64,000 nucleotides of DNA, from IMG/VR virus record IMGVR_UViG_3300030060_005695; one strand, given 5' to 3'. The position numbers and the translations under genes are program-made. The notes beneath the pieces are model-generated. The model ran no database searches, was not told the DNA's origin, and saw only the letters and a list, made by a program, of their open reading frames with translations. The DNA is from a virus. Below, in pieces: positions 40,333-50,136 of this stretch. Position 1 is the stretch's first letter. Each line of letters opens with the position of its first letter.

Positions 40333-40764
40333 ATGGCAGAAGTACTAATTAATGACAAAGTAAAGACCCACGAAGAGGGCAAACACACTTACATAGGAAA
40401 GTATAAAGGAAAAGATTTTAAAGTGAGTATGGTAGATATGAATGACGAAAGAGAACTGGTCTACATGGAAGGTGAAGAAAATTTCAATGATGAAGACAAA
40501 GATGTAATTTTTGAACAATTAGATGATATGTCTTATGTTGATACATTAGAAGAGGCTGGTGATGATAAAGTTTATGTTGAAAATAATTACGAAACTTGGT
40601 TCGCGTTTAAGTTTGAAGCTTATGGTTCTTATGGTGAACACAAGTTTATAGTAGAAGAGTATAGTGACGAACACGGTGGTGACGCTACATTTCTAGAAGG
40701 TGAGGAAAATTTTAATGAGGAAGAACAGGAATTGATATACGAAGCTGTTAATGAATATATGTAA
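40333..40764 (+). CDS. Highly acidic protein with internal duplication
   Basis: EGEENFNDEDKDVIFEQL / EGEENFNEEEQELIYEAV. Confidence 0.65.
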   Translation: MAEVLINDKVKTHEEGKHTYIGKYKGKDFKVSMVDMNDERELVYMEGEENFNDEDKDVIFEQLDDMSYVDTLEEAGDDKVYVENNYETWFAFKFEAYGSYGEHKFIVEEYSDEHGGDATFLEGEENFNEEEQELIYEAVNEYM

Positions 40765-40778
40765 TAAAAAATTAAAAA

Positions 40779-41207
40779 ATGAAAGGTAAAATTAATACAG
40801 ATAAAGGAACTATGGTGGTAGAGTTCTACGAAAAAGACGCACCAAACACAGTAAACAATTTTGTTAAATTAGCAAAAGAAGGTTTCTATAAAGACCTTAA
40901 TTTTCACAGAGTTATTCCAGGATTCGTAGCACAAGGAGGATGCCCAAATGGAAGAGGTGACGGAGGACCAGGATATAAGATTGATTGTGAGTTAAACGGA
41001 GAAAATCAATTTCACGATAGAGGAGTTCTATCAATGGCACACGCTGGTAGAAATACAGGTGGTTCACAATTTTTTATTGTACATACCAGAAACGCTACAC
41101 AACATTTAGACCGTAATCATACATGTTTCGGGAAAGTAGTTGAAGGGCTAGACGTTATAGAAAAAATACAACAAGGAGACAAATTTAACGTAGAAATAGA
41201 AGACTAA
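40779..41207 (+). CDS. Cyclophilin-type peptidyl-prolyl isomerase
   Basis: [34 protein letters not shown]. Confidence 0.95.
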   Translation: MKGKINTDKGTMVVEFYEKDAPNTVNNFVKLAKEGFYKDLNFHRVIPGFVAQGGCPNGRGDGGPGYKIDCELNGENQFHDRGVLSMAHAGRNTGGSQFFIVHTRNATQHLDRNHTCFGKVVEGLDVIEKIQQGDKFNVEIED

Positions 41208-42103
41208 TGAAGAATAGATTATCCCAATATGTAGGTAACACACCCCTTATTCCCATAAGGATTGGTAGATACACAGTATGGGGTAAGGCAGAATTTATGA
41301 ATCCATCCGGTTCTGTAAAAGATAGGATGGCAACTTTTATAATTAACAACGCAGAAAAAAACGGTCTTTTAAGTCCAGGTGATACTATGTGTGAAGCTAC
41401 TAGTGGTAATAGTGGGATAGCATTTGCTATGTTAGCAGCAGAAAGAGGGTATAAGATGGTAATAGTAATGCCATCCAACATGTCTGAAGAAAGAAAAAAA
41501 ATGTTTGAGTATTATGGGGCAGAATTAATTGAGGCACCTGAAGGAGACTTTGATGAAGCTATTAGGATGAGAGATGAACTATGTTACGTTAACGAATGGT
41601 TTAATTGTAATCAGTTCGCCAACCCACTAAATGTCCAAGCACACTACCAAACTACAGGTCCTGAGTTCTACAATCAATACAAAGAAATTAAAGGTGAAAA
41701 ATCATCACCAGCAGTTTTTGTAGCTGGAACCGGGACTGGTGGTACTTTAATGGGTACTGATAAATTTTTAAAAGAAATGTGGCCTAAAATAAAATCAGTA
41801 GCTATTGAACCAGCAGAAAGTGCGGTAATGTCGGGTTTTGAACCTGGGTTACATGGAATACAAGGTATTGGGGACGGAAGTAAATTTTTAGTAAATTTAG
41901 ATGTTGTTTCAGAAGTAAGAATAGTAAGTACAGAATGTGCTAAAGCATGTGCTAGACACTTAGCTAAAAATTATGGATTATTTGTTGGGATAAGTGCAGC
42001 AGCAAATGTATTTGCATCATTCCAGTGGTTAAGAGATAATGATAAAACAGAAGCTATAACGATATTATGTGATAGAGGAGAAAGGTATTTTAGTTGTATG
42101 TAA
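41207..42103 (+). CDS. cysK: Cysteine synthase (PLP-dependent)
   Basis: GNTPL, NPSGSVKDR, EATSGNSG, GTGTGGT, IQGIG, DRGERY. Confidence 0.92.
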   Translation: MKNRLSQYVGNTPLIPIRIGRYTVWGKAEFMNPSGSVKDRMATFIINNAEKNGLLSPGDTMCEATSGNSGIAFAMLAAERGYKMVIVMPSNMSEERKKMFEYYGAELIEAPEGDFDEAIRMRDELCYVNEWFNCNQFANPLNVQAHYQTTGPEFYNQYKEIKGEKSSPAVFVAGTGTGGTLMGTDKFLKEMWPKIKSVAIEPAESAVMSGFEPGLHGIQGIGDGSKFLVNLDVVSEVRIVSTECAKACARHLAKNYGLFVGISAAANVFASFQWLRDNDKTEAITILCDRGERYFSCM

Positions 42104-42166
42104 ATAACTAGAGTTTATTTATAGAGTAAGTCGTTTATGATTATATTTATTGTAAACGACTTTTTT

Positions 42167-42952
42167 ATGCGTATAATAATCACAGAAAACCAATATACTA
42201 AACTTGTAGAACAAGTTGGTGTTAGTTGTGTACCTACTGGAGAAACAGAATTTAACGAGGTAGATGTCTCTTTTTATGACATGGTAAGAAATGGTAGTAT
42301 ATTAAATTATGGTGATTATGATTTAGATAAAACACACCCAATATACGTTATTCAAAAAAAATTAGGTATAAGTAGAGATGGTTATTATGGTAAAGACATG
42401 TTGAAAGCATTATCTACTAAATTAAACATAGATTTATGTAAACAAATAAATAACAATATTCCATTAGGACCTAACGGTTTAAAAAAATTAGGACTTTATG
42501 TGAACATTCCTAAAGATGATGAAGATTATATTTTAGCTTCTACTTTAGTTGGTGAAAATCAAAGAGCTGGAACAAAAGAACTAAATGCGATACTATCCAC
42601 AATAAAAAACCGAGCAGATAAATGCGGATATAGTATGAAAGACTCTGTATTAAAAGGAAAACAATACTCTACTTGGAACTACTTTAATAGATTAGATAAT
42701 GAAGGTAAGTTTGAGGAGTTACACAATAGGATAACTAACCAAAAAGTAAAAGGTTTTGATAAAATGTTAAAAATAGTTGAAGGCTTTGGTGATGGGGATG
42801 TTATTAAAGTTAATCACTACGTTAACCCTAGTATAGTAGATTTAAGTACGGGTAGTACTAGAACTATCGCTAAATCTTACAATAACAATAAAAAGTCAGC
42901 TAAGAAAATAGGTGACCATATATTTTGGTGGGATAAAAGACATCCGTGTTAA
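42167..42952 (+). CDS. SleB/Hydrolase_2-like cell wall hydrolase with PG-binding-like segment and N-terminal leader
   Basis: IQKKLGISRDGYYG (PG binding), LASTLVGE, IKNR, QYSTWN, IGDHIF; start MRIIITENQ at 42167. Confidence 0.75.
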   Translation: MRIIITENQYTKLVEQVGVSCVPTGETEFNEVDVSFYDMVRNGSILNYGDYDLDKTHPIYVIQKKLGISRDGYYGKDMLKALSTKLNIDLCKQINNNIPLGPNGLKKLGLYVNIPKDDEDYILASTLVGENQRAGTKELNAILSTIKNRADKCGYSMKDSVLKGKQYSTWNYFNRLDNEGKFEELHNRITNQKVKGFDKMLKIVEGFGDGDVIKVNHYVNPSIVDLSTGSTRTIAKSYNNNKKSAKKIGDHIFWWDKRHPC

Positions 42953-42977
42953 TCAAATAAGTAGATATTTATATAAT

Positions 42978-44423
42978 ATGAAAATCGAGATAACAGCAAA
43001 ACAATTAGAACTTATTAATGAGTCACTTATAAATGAAGGTGGGATTAGAGACATTAATAAGTTAGCTCAAAGATACCCAAAGGCAGAAATATATTTTCAC
43101 CAGGATTTAGATGGGGTGGTATCCGCTTTAGGGATGAAGAACTACTTAGAAAAATATGGTATAGAAGTTATCGACACCCATGTAATACAATATGGTGACA
43201 AAGAATTTTCAGTAAAAAAACCACAAGCTAGTGAAGATGTAATGCCAGTATTAGTAGATTTTGCACACGGGAAACCAATATTTAAAATCCATACAGACCA
43301 CCACGATTCACAAGCAGGGGTAGAAGATGATACTGCAACACAATTTAGAGGAGCAAGGTCAAACGTAGAAACTATTTCACAAACTATAAGTCCTAGTGAT
43401 ATTTTTACGGATGAAGATATAATGATGATTAATACTGTAGATTCTGCGGATTATGCAAAACACGATATTGAACCAGAACAAGTAATGAATCTAATTAGAG
43501 ATTTTGAATCTGGTGACCAGACTTACGAAAAAAGATGGATGTTAGGTCTTTTAACTAATAAATTATTATTAGCTTATAAAAATAAACCAGGATTCCTAGA
43601 ACATCTAGTTATGAATTCTTCACCATCCTTGATGAATATCTACCAAAACATAACCTCATACGCAAAAGAAAAAGGTTTTGCTTCACCAGAAGAAATGGCA
43701 CAAAATCAAGCAGAATATATAAAATCCCAACAAGAAAGTGATAATCTAAATTTAGATGGTAATATAATAGTACAATATGGAGGTGGTAGATTATTTAAAC
43801 CAGGTTCCTATGATAGATACACACCATTCAAAATTTATCCTGACGCTGACTTTTTTGTGGTGGCGTGGCCAATGGGACTTGTACAAGCTTCGTGTAATCC
43901 ATTCAAAAAAGACAGAGCTCTTAAAGGTGTTAACTTAGGTGATATAGCACAAGAAGTACTTAAAGAAGTGGAACCACAACTTAAAAAACACCAAGTACCA
44001 GTCTCTGTGATTAAAAGAATAGGGGAGACAAAAGCAGAAGGAGAAAGTATTGGGTTTAAAACTTCAGACTTATTCGCTCTCTATAAAGACCACCTACAAA
44101 ATATGCCATCAACAGATTCTAAATACTATGATATGGCGGTTAGTATAATTGACACACCATGGGACAAGTTGAGTGAAAAACAAAAAGCAGTTTTAGATAA
44201 GATAACTGTACCAGCTTGGGATGTTATACAAGCTAATAGTGGCGGTCACAAATGTATAACTAATATTAGTGGGTTAAATTTCTTTAGTAGAGCAACTAGA
44301 CAACCAGAAGGACCTTACAAGAAAAAATCAGACGCCAAACCAACAAGATATGTAGAATTTGTAAAATGGGTACAGAAAGAAATGGTTAAGAAAATTAAAG
44401 AAAATATAGACGCTAATCAGTAA
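42978..44423 (+). CDS. DHH-family phosphoesterase with N-terminal leader
   Basis: HQDLDG, LVDF, TDHH, C-terminal SGGH; start MKIEITAKQ at 42978. Confidence 0.8.
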   Translation: MKIEITAKQLELINESLINEGGIRDINKLAQRYPKAEIYFHQDLDGVVSALGMKNYLEKYGIEVIDTHVIQYGDKEFSVKKPQASEDVMPVLVDFAHGKPIFKIHTDHHDSQAGVEDDTATQFRGARSNVETISQTISPSDIFTDEDIMMINTVDSADYAKHDIEPEQVMNLIRDFESGDQTYEKRWMLGLLTNKLLLAYKNKPGFLEHLVMNSSPSLMNIYQNITSYAKEKGFASPEEMAQNQAEYIKSQQESDNLNLDGNIIVQYGGGRLFKPGSYDRYTPFKIYPDADFFVVAWPMGLVQASCNPFKKDRALKGVNLGDIAQEVLKEVEPQLKKHQVPVSVIKRIGETKAEGESIGFKTSDLFALYKDHLQNMPSTDSKYYDMAVSIIDTPWDKLSEKQKAVLDKITVPAWDVIQANSGGHKCITNISGLNFFSRATRQPEGPYKKKSDAKPTRYVEFVKWVQKEMVKKIKENIDANQ

Positions 44424-44748
44424 ATTCTAATAAATCACCCTCACTTACATTAAATTGTCCAGAAGGTATCTCCAAAACCTTATCAGCAATGCCTTGATAG
44501 GATTCACAATTATTTTCATAACAGGGTGGACAATTATAATGAACTTTAGTAACTTTATTATTAATGATAAAGATTATATCTAAAGAAATTAAACAATCTT
44601 TCATCCAGAAAGAACGTTCTGAAATCTCAGGAAAAACAAAAAGCATTCCACCATCAAGAAATTCCCTACCCATCATACCAGTACTAATAGCATTAGGGGT
44701 AGACATAATCTCTAGTGGGAGGACTTTATTATCTAAAATAACATTCAT
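44413..44748 (-). CDS. DUF192 family protein
   Basis: GMMGR...GMLFVF...FWMKDC..SLDIIFI...VLEI. Confidence 0.9.
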   Translation of the reverse strand: MNVILDNKVLPLEIMSTPNAISTGMMGREFLDGGMLFVFPEISERSFWMKDCLISLDIIFIINNKVTKVHYNCPPCYENNCESYQGIADKVLEIPSGQFNVSEGDLLEFTD

Positions 44749-44765
44749 ATTATTATAAATATAAA

Positions 44766-44918
44766 ATGACTAAGAAAGCGAAGGAAGATATACAAAAAGA
44801 AATAAGAGAAATACAAAAAATTCTCACAAGTTTAAAGTTGCAGGATTATAAAAGTAAAGAAGACGTACAAAAGTTGCAACAAAAACTAGATAAATTATAT
44901 AACCAAATTGAAAAATGA
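44766..44918 (+). CDS. Small coiled-coil protein (not in ORF track)
   Basis: 50 aa MTKKAKEDIQKEIREIQK..., ATGA overlap with glnII. Confidence 0.5.
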   Translation: MTKKAKEDIQKEIREIQKILTSLKLQDYKSKEDVQKLQQKLDKLYNQIEK

Positions 44919-45961
44919 CAAAAATTAAAACAAAAATTGAATACATCTGGTTAGACGGAACCCAACCAGAACAAACACTAAGGAGTAAAACTAAGATTGT
45001 AGACTTAGACAGTACTATTACGACACCCAAACCTGAAGACTTACCAGAATGGTCGTTTGATGGTAGCTCAACAGCACAAGCCGTTGGTAATAATTCCGAT
45101 TGTATCTTAAGACCAGTAAGGGTTTATCCAGACCCACAGAGAATAGGTTCTTATCTTGCATTATGTGAAGTATTAAATGAAAAAGGAATGTCTCATAAGA
45201 CTAACGAAAGAGCAGAATTAGAAGATATAGATTTTCATAGACACAAAGAAGGGTGGTGGTTTGGATTTGAACAAGAGTACGTCTTAATGAAAGACGGTAA
45301 ACCACTAGGATTCCCTAAAGAAGGATATCCAGAACCACAAGGAAAATATTATTGTGGTGTAGGAACAGATAGAGTTATTGGTAGAGAAATTGTGGAACAA
45401 CATTTAGACGCTTGTATGAATATTGGTTTAGACATCACAGGTGTTAACGCGGAGGTAATGTTAGGTCAATGGGAGTACCAACTATTCGGTAAAGGAGCTC
45501 TAAAGGTTTCTGATGATTTATGGGTTAGTAGATATCTTTTATATAGAATTACTGAAAATCATGGAGTAACAGTAGACCTACGACCAAAACCAGTGGAAGG
45601 TGATTGGAACGGTTCAGGAATGCACGTAAACTTTTCTACTAAAGAAATGAGAGAAGAGGGTGGTAAAGATTTGATAGAAGGTATTTGTGATACATTATCA
45701 TTCTACCATGAAGAACACATCAATAATTACGGTAGTGATAATGAAAAAAGGTTAACGGGATTACATGAAACACAAGCTATAGACAAATTTAGTTATGGTG
45801 TGTCTGACAGAGGAGCTAGTATTAGAATTCCAGTGTCTACAGTAAAAAATAATTGGAAAGGTTATGTTGAAGATAGAAGGCCGGGAAGTAACGGAGACCC
45901 ATACAAAATAACTAAAAGATTATTACAAACTTTACAACCTCAACCAGAATTAGTAGACTAG
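44915..45961 (+). CDS. glnII: Glutamine synthetase type II
   Basis: EYIWLDG, LRSKTK, WSFDGSST, GFEQEY, NAEVMLGQWEYQ, DWNGSGMH, RGASIRIP, EDRRP. Confidence 0.95.
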   Translation: MTKIKTKIEYIWLDGTQPEQTLRSKTKIVDLDSTITTPKPEDLPEWSFDGSSTAQAVGNNSDCILRPVRVYPDPQRIGSYLALCEVLNEKGMSHKTNERAELEDIDFHRHKEGWWFGFEQEYVLMKDGKPLGFPKEGYPEPQGKYYCGVGTDRVIGREIVEQHLDACMNIGLDITGVNAEVMLGQWEYQLFGKGALKVSDDLWVSRYLLYRITENHGVTVDLRPKPVEGDWNGSGMHVNFSTKEMREEGGKDLIEGICDTLSFYHEEHINNYGSDNEKRLTGLHETQAIDKFSYGVSDRGASIRIPVSTVKNNWKGYVEDRRPGSNGDPYKITKRLLQTLQPQPELVD

Positions 45962-45988
45962 TTAAAAAATAATTATTATATTTGTGAC

Positions 45989-46186
45989 ATGAAAAGTCCT
46001 AATATTAAAAAAGATGCTGATTTTGTACTAAAAGTACTAAATAATCCCCTTAATAAAGAAGTTCATAGACCAGCTTTAAAAAAGTTGATTGATAATTTTG
46101 AAAATAAGTGGAATGATTTATTAGGGCCAGGAGTAGCAGATTTTTATATTAACCTTTTAAATAAAAAATACAAAAATGCCATATAA
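45989..46186 (+). CDS. Hypothetical protein
   Basis: 65 aa; TATATTTG at 45977-45984 upstream. Confidence 0.55.
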   Translation: MKSPNIKKDADFVLKVLNNPLNKEVHRPALKKLIDNFENKWNDLLGPGVADFYINLLNKKYKNAI

Positions 46187-46370
46187 TATAGTAAAAGAAA
46201 TGATAGACCCTAAAACAGGTAATAAATCGTTTGTCCTATTAACAGACGGATTATCTCAAATATGGGATGTAAAAAATGAAAAAGAAGCTCAAAGAATAGC
46301 TACAATGATGACAGAAAATTCAGATAGTGGTTGGGTTTATAAAATTAGAAAAACTTGTAATATTAAATAG
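46176..46370 (+). CDS. Hypothetical protein
   Basis: 64 aa ORF. Confidence 0.55.
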   Translation: MPYNIVKEMIDPKTGNKSFVLLTDGLSQIWDVKNEKEAQRIATMMTENSDSGWVYKIRKTCNIK

Positions 46371-46372
46371 AA

Positions 46373-46765
46373 ATGTTAAAAAAAACCACACATCAATATA
46401 AGTTTAACAGGAGAAGAGCTCTGGAATGTAAATTTGTAGAAAAAAGTAAAAATAATCCAGGATACCTGAAGTACTTGGTTACAATAGGTGAAAAAGATGG
46501 AACAAAACACACCCAACCAGTATACGGTAAAGATATGCAAGATGCACTAAGTAGACTAATAAACCAAGAAAGAACTGTTAAGGTGGAAAAGAAATTAGAA
46601 AATAATACAGGATTTATATTTCTAATATGGTTGGTATTAATGGGTGTACCAGCATTTTTTGTTGAACACCACACACCGTGGTTCCTAGTATATACGATGG
46701 GGACACTATTAGTATTAATATTAGCCGCAACTTGGTGGTATAATTATATTAGAAAAGGAGAATAA
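46373..46765 (+). CDS. Membrane protein, two C-terminal TM helices
   Basis: Hydrophobic C-terminus. Confidence 0.6.
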   Translation: MLKKTTHQYKFNRRRALECKFVEKSKNNPGYLKYLVTIGEKDGTKHTQPVYGKDMQDALSRLINQERTVKVEKKLENNTGFIFLIWLVLMGVPAFFVEHHTPWFLVYTMGTLLVLILAATWWYNYIRKGE

Positions 46766-46766
46766 T

Positions 46767-46988
46767 ATGTATAGAATAGTAAAAGAAGAAAATAGATTAA
46801 GTGGTAAAATACAATATATTATAGAAAAACGTAAAAAGTTTTTATGGATGGTATCTTGGACAAGGGATTTAGATTTAGACGTACAACAGATAGGTCCTGT
46901 AGGGGCCCCTACATTAAGTGGTGCTAAATATAAAATGGACCAGATAATTGCATGGGATGGTAAAATTCTTAAAAAAACCACAGTTTAA
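46767..46988 (+). CDS. Hypothetical protein
   Basis: 73 aa ORF. Confidence 0.55.
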   Translation: MYRIVKEENRLSGKIQYIIEKRKKFLWMVSWTRDLDLDVQQIGPVGAPTLSGAKYKMDQIIAWDGKILKKTTV

Positions 46989-47227
46989 TGATGTTAGACC
47001 CCTTAGAAAAAAATGCAGCTTTTAGATTAGCTTACGAATTTATTATAAGTTCTATGGAAGAAGATGAAGTATACGAAAACTTAGAATTTGTTAATAAAGA
47101 CCTACCACACAAAACACTAGACAAACTTATTAACTTCTTTGAAAAAACAGAAGAGTACGAAAAATGCTCCAAACTTCAAAAAATAAAACATACTAGACTT
47201 TCCAACTATTCCAAATATAACTTGTAA
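46988..47227 (+). CDS. Small protein with UVR-like motif
   Basis: LINFFEKTEEYEKCSKL. Confidence 0.6.
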   Translation: MMLDPLEKNAAFRLAYEFIISSMEEDEVYENLEFVNKDLPHKTLDKLINFFEKTEEYEKCSKLQKIKHTRLSNYSKYNL

Positions 47228-47253
47228 TTACTTTATATTTATAGTAGATAACT

Positions 47254-48879
47254 ATGAATATGTTAAACGAACAGGTAAATAAAAGAGTTGTATACGAGGA
47301 TGATAAATATGAACTCGTATTACCTTATAATATTGCATCTATTTGTTCTATAGCACCCCAATGGTGTAAGGACGAAAAAATTAAAGAAGCTACCGTAAAC
47401 GCGTTTAAAAGTGGTGGGGTAACTTATATAATCATAGAAAAGGATAAAAATAAAGTAGGGATAGTACACGACACCAAAAGTAAAATACCTTTAAGATTTA
47501 GTGGGGAATACGCTCTTTTTGACCCGCTCAGAGACCACGCGTTAAATCCAAGTTGGTACCAGAAAAAAGACGCAAAAAAATTCTTTAGTGACAAACCCAC
47601 ACTAATAGAAAAACTAAACATACCTTACTCCCTCAAAGAAAGATTAAAATTTGAAATGCCTTTTACTGAAAAGGAAATGAGACAATTTTCAGAAAAGAAT
47701 GATTTTGCAAAAGCAGTTTATGATGAGATAAGAGGTGAGAAAGGACAAAATCTGGACTGGGAAAAGTTTGAAGGTAACGACAACACTACAGTATCTACAG
47801 ATAGTTGGTTTTTTGATAATATGAATGACGATGAAATAGGAATCATGCCTGATGGAGAAGGAATCTTAATAATCGCCAACGACGAAACTTTTAAAGATAA
47901 GTTTTTAGATTTAAGTCAGGATGATGACTGGGCATATAACGCAGCTATGGGTTACCGTGGTTATTATGATGATTGTGAGGAAATGGATACAGAGGAATTA
48001 AACTATATGAACGGTTATTTAACCCCAGAAAACCGTGGACGATTACAAAATCTTAGAGAGTTAGTGGGAGAACCAAAATTTACAGAACAGGAATTACAAC
48101 ACGATGAAGGAACCGTATATGATTTCCTTGAGAAGTATTTTCCAATAGAAGCAGATGATATGGCTGATGAGTGGTTAAGTAGTTTAGGTTGTGCAGTTTG
48201 GAGAAGTAGAGCACAAGCTACTAAAGACGAGATAGATGAAGCAAAAGTATTTGACTGGGATGAAAGAGGTAGAAACACCGAAATGTATATAACATGGAAA
48301 CAATTATTACAAGTTATTGGTACAAAGAGTGTTGAAAATTTTGCTGATTTGGGTGAAATAGAACTAAATGGGTTACCTAATTTATATGATGGTTGGTATG
48401 ATGCGTGGGATGTAGATGATGAAGGAAGTAATGATATGAATGCAGCTTTTACAAAAATGTTGGATGATATAGAAGAAGATGGGGTAGACACGATTATGGA
48501 TAGAGTTAAAAGAAGAGAAAGTTTTCTTAAAACACTTGGTGAACTAGGATTTAAAAAAGCAACAGGATGGAATCCTGGATTCTCAAACAGAACAGATGTA
48601 CATAATTGGAAAACTAGTGATGGTAAGTCTACTGTATTGGCAAATATAACAGTCGGAAATTATGACTCCAAAGACGAAACAGTATCATTTAAGGATGAAA
48701 GTCACAACTCAACCAATACGGATAGAATGGACGATGTTAAATTAGAAGATTTCCTAGAGTACGTAACCAACCCAAGACTACCATTTAATCAAGAAGAAAA
48801 AGAAGTTAACGAAAACTATACAAATAGAATTATTAATAATATTATTAATAATATAATCACAGAAAATGTACGTAAGTAA
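47254..48879 (+). CDS. Large acidic hypothetical protein (possible virion-packaged)
   Basis: 541 aa; N-terminal VYEDDKY.LVLP...C....WC segment resembles a segment of 50137..51549. Confidence 0.6.
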   Translation: MNMLNEQVNKRVVYEDDKYELVLPYNIASICSIAPQWCKDEKIKEATVNAFKSGGVTYIIIEKDKNKVGIVHDTKSKIPLRFSGEYALFDPLRDHALNPSWYQKKDAKKFFSDKPTLIEKLNIPYSLKERLKFEMPFTEKEMRQFSEKNDFAKAVYDEIRGEKGQNLDWEKFEGNDNTTVSTDSWFFDNMNDDEIGIMPDGEGILIIANDETFKDKFLDLSQDDDWAYNAAMGYRGYYDDCEEMDTEELNYMNGYLTPENRGRLQNLRELVGEPKFTEQELQHDEGTVYDFLEKYFPIEADDMADEWLSSLGCAVWRSRAQATKDEIDEAKVFDWDERGRNTEMYITWKQLLQVIGTKSVENFADLGEIELNGLPNLYDGWYDAWDVDDEGSNDMNAAFTKMLDDIEEDGVDTIMDRVKRRESFLKTLGELGFKKATGWNPGFSNRTDVHNWKTSDGKSTVLANITVGNYDSKDETVSFKDESHNSTNTDRMDDVKLEDFLEYVTNPRLPFNQEEKEVNENYTNRIINNIINNIITENVRK

Positions 48880-49081
48880 AACAAGAAGTATTCTCAAAGC
48901 TATCAGTTGGAGAATCGTAGGAACATTGGATACAATGGCTCTAGGATGGATAATAACTGGTAACCCAGTAATGGGGTTAAAAATTGGTGCGTTAGAATTA
49001 TGCACCAAGTTCGTATTATACTATATCCATGAAAGAATCTGGGTAAAATCCCAATGGGGCACAAAAAAGAAAAAATCCTAA
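48866..49081 (+). CDS. DUF2061 membrane protein
   Basis: RSILKAISWRIVGTLDT...KFVLYYIHERIW. Confidence 0.9.
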   Translation: MYVSKTRSILKAISWRIVGTLDTMALGWIITGNPVMGLKIGALELCTKFVLYYIHERIWVKSQWGTKKKKS

Positions 49082-49390
49082 TATATATTTTGTTATTCTC
49101 AAAATTTTATTTATATTTGTCTTATGGAAAAATTAGTACAAATAATAGGTATAGCTTGGGTGATAATGTGTGTAGGGCTAATAACATGGACCTTTTTAGA
49201 ATATCTATTTCTTAAATTTAAAGACCCAAAAATATGAAAGTAATAATCTGGATAGAAGAAGACCAACTAGACGAGTTAATTAAAGGTAATACAATAGACT
49301 ACTGGGAAAGAGAACCAGGTATGTTTGAAAAAGTAATCCAAGTGACAGTAGATACTGACACGTACCAAAAATTAAAAGATAATAGAACAA

Positions 49391-50092
49391 ATGATAGACC
49401 AAATACAGACTAATAAATTATTATTTATAGATATTGAGACGTGTGGTTGTTACGCAACTTTAGATGAGGTAAAAGAAAAAAATACTACTTTATTTAATTT
49501 GTGGAATAAAATGGGTGATTCTTATTTTAGAAGACACTATCCTGAGGATTTAAGAATGTCTGAAGGTGAATTATTTAAAAAATACTCTGGTTTATTACCA
49601 GAATTTGGGAGAGTAGTTTGTGTAAGTGCTGGTTTTATAACAGGAGAAGATAGAAAAATACAATCATTCACAAAAGGGGGAGAAGACGACATTTTAAAAG
49701 AAACGGTAGAACTACTTAACAGGGTAAATAAATTAGGTTTTTCTCTTTGTGGTCATAATATTAAAACTTTTGATTTACCTTATTTAGGTAAAAGAATGTT
49801 AATAAACAAGATTAAACCATCACCTATAATGCCTTCTCATGACACCAAACCCTGGGAAATAAAAGCATTGGACACCAAAGAACTCTGGAACTTTGGTTCG
49901 TACAAAGGTTTGTCAGCCTTACACTTAATATGTAGTGTGTTAGGTTTTGAAACCCCTAAAGATGGAAAAGTAGATGGTTCTAACATCCATAAAAGTTATT
50001 ACATGGATAATAATATTTCAGAGATAAAAGAATATTGTGAAAAAGATGTAAATGCATTGATGGATATAGTTTCTCACGTAAAATCTCTATAA
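49391..50092 (+). CDS. PolB-type 3'-5' exonuclease (DEDD)
   Basis: FIDIET, GHNIKTFDLPYL, YCEKDV. Confidence 0.9.
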   Translation: MIDQIQTNKLLFIDIETCGCYATLDEVKEKNTTLFNLWNKMGDSYFRRHYPEDLRMSEGELFKKYSGLLPEFGRVVCVSAGFITGEDRKIQSFTKGGEDDILKETVELLNRVNKLGFSLCGHNIKTFDLPYLGKRMLINKIKPSPIMPSHDTKPWEIKALDTKELWNFGSYKGLSALHLICSVLGFETPKDGKVDGSNIHKSYYMDNNISEIKEYCEKDVNALMDIVSHVKSL

Positions 50093-50136
50093 ATTCTTTC
50101 TAATTAACATATATTTATATAAAAACAGATTTAAAC

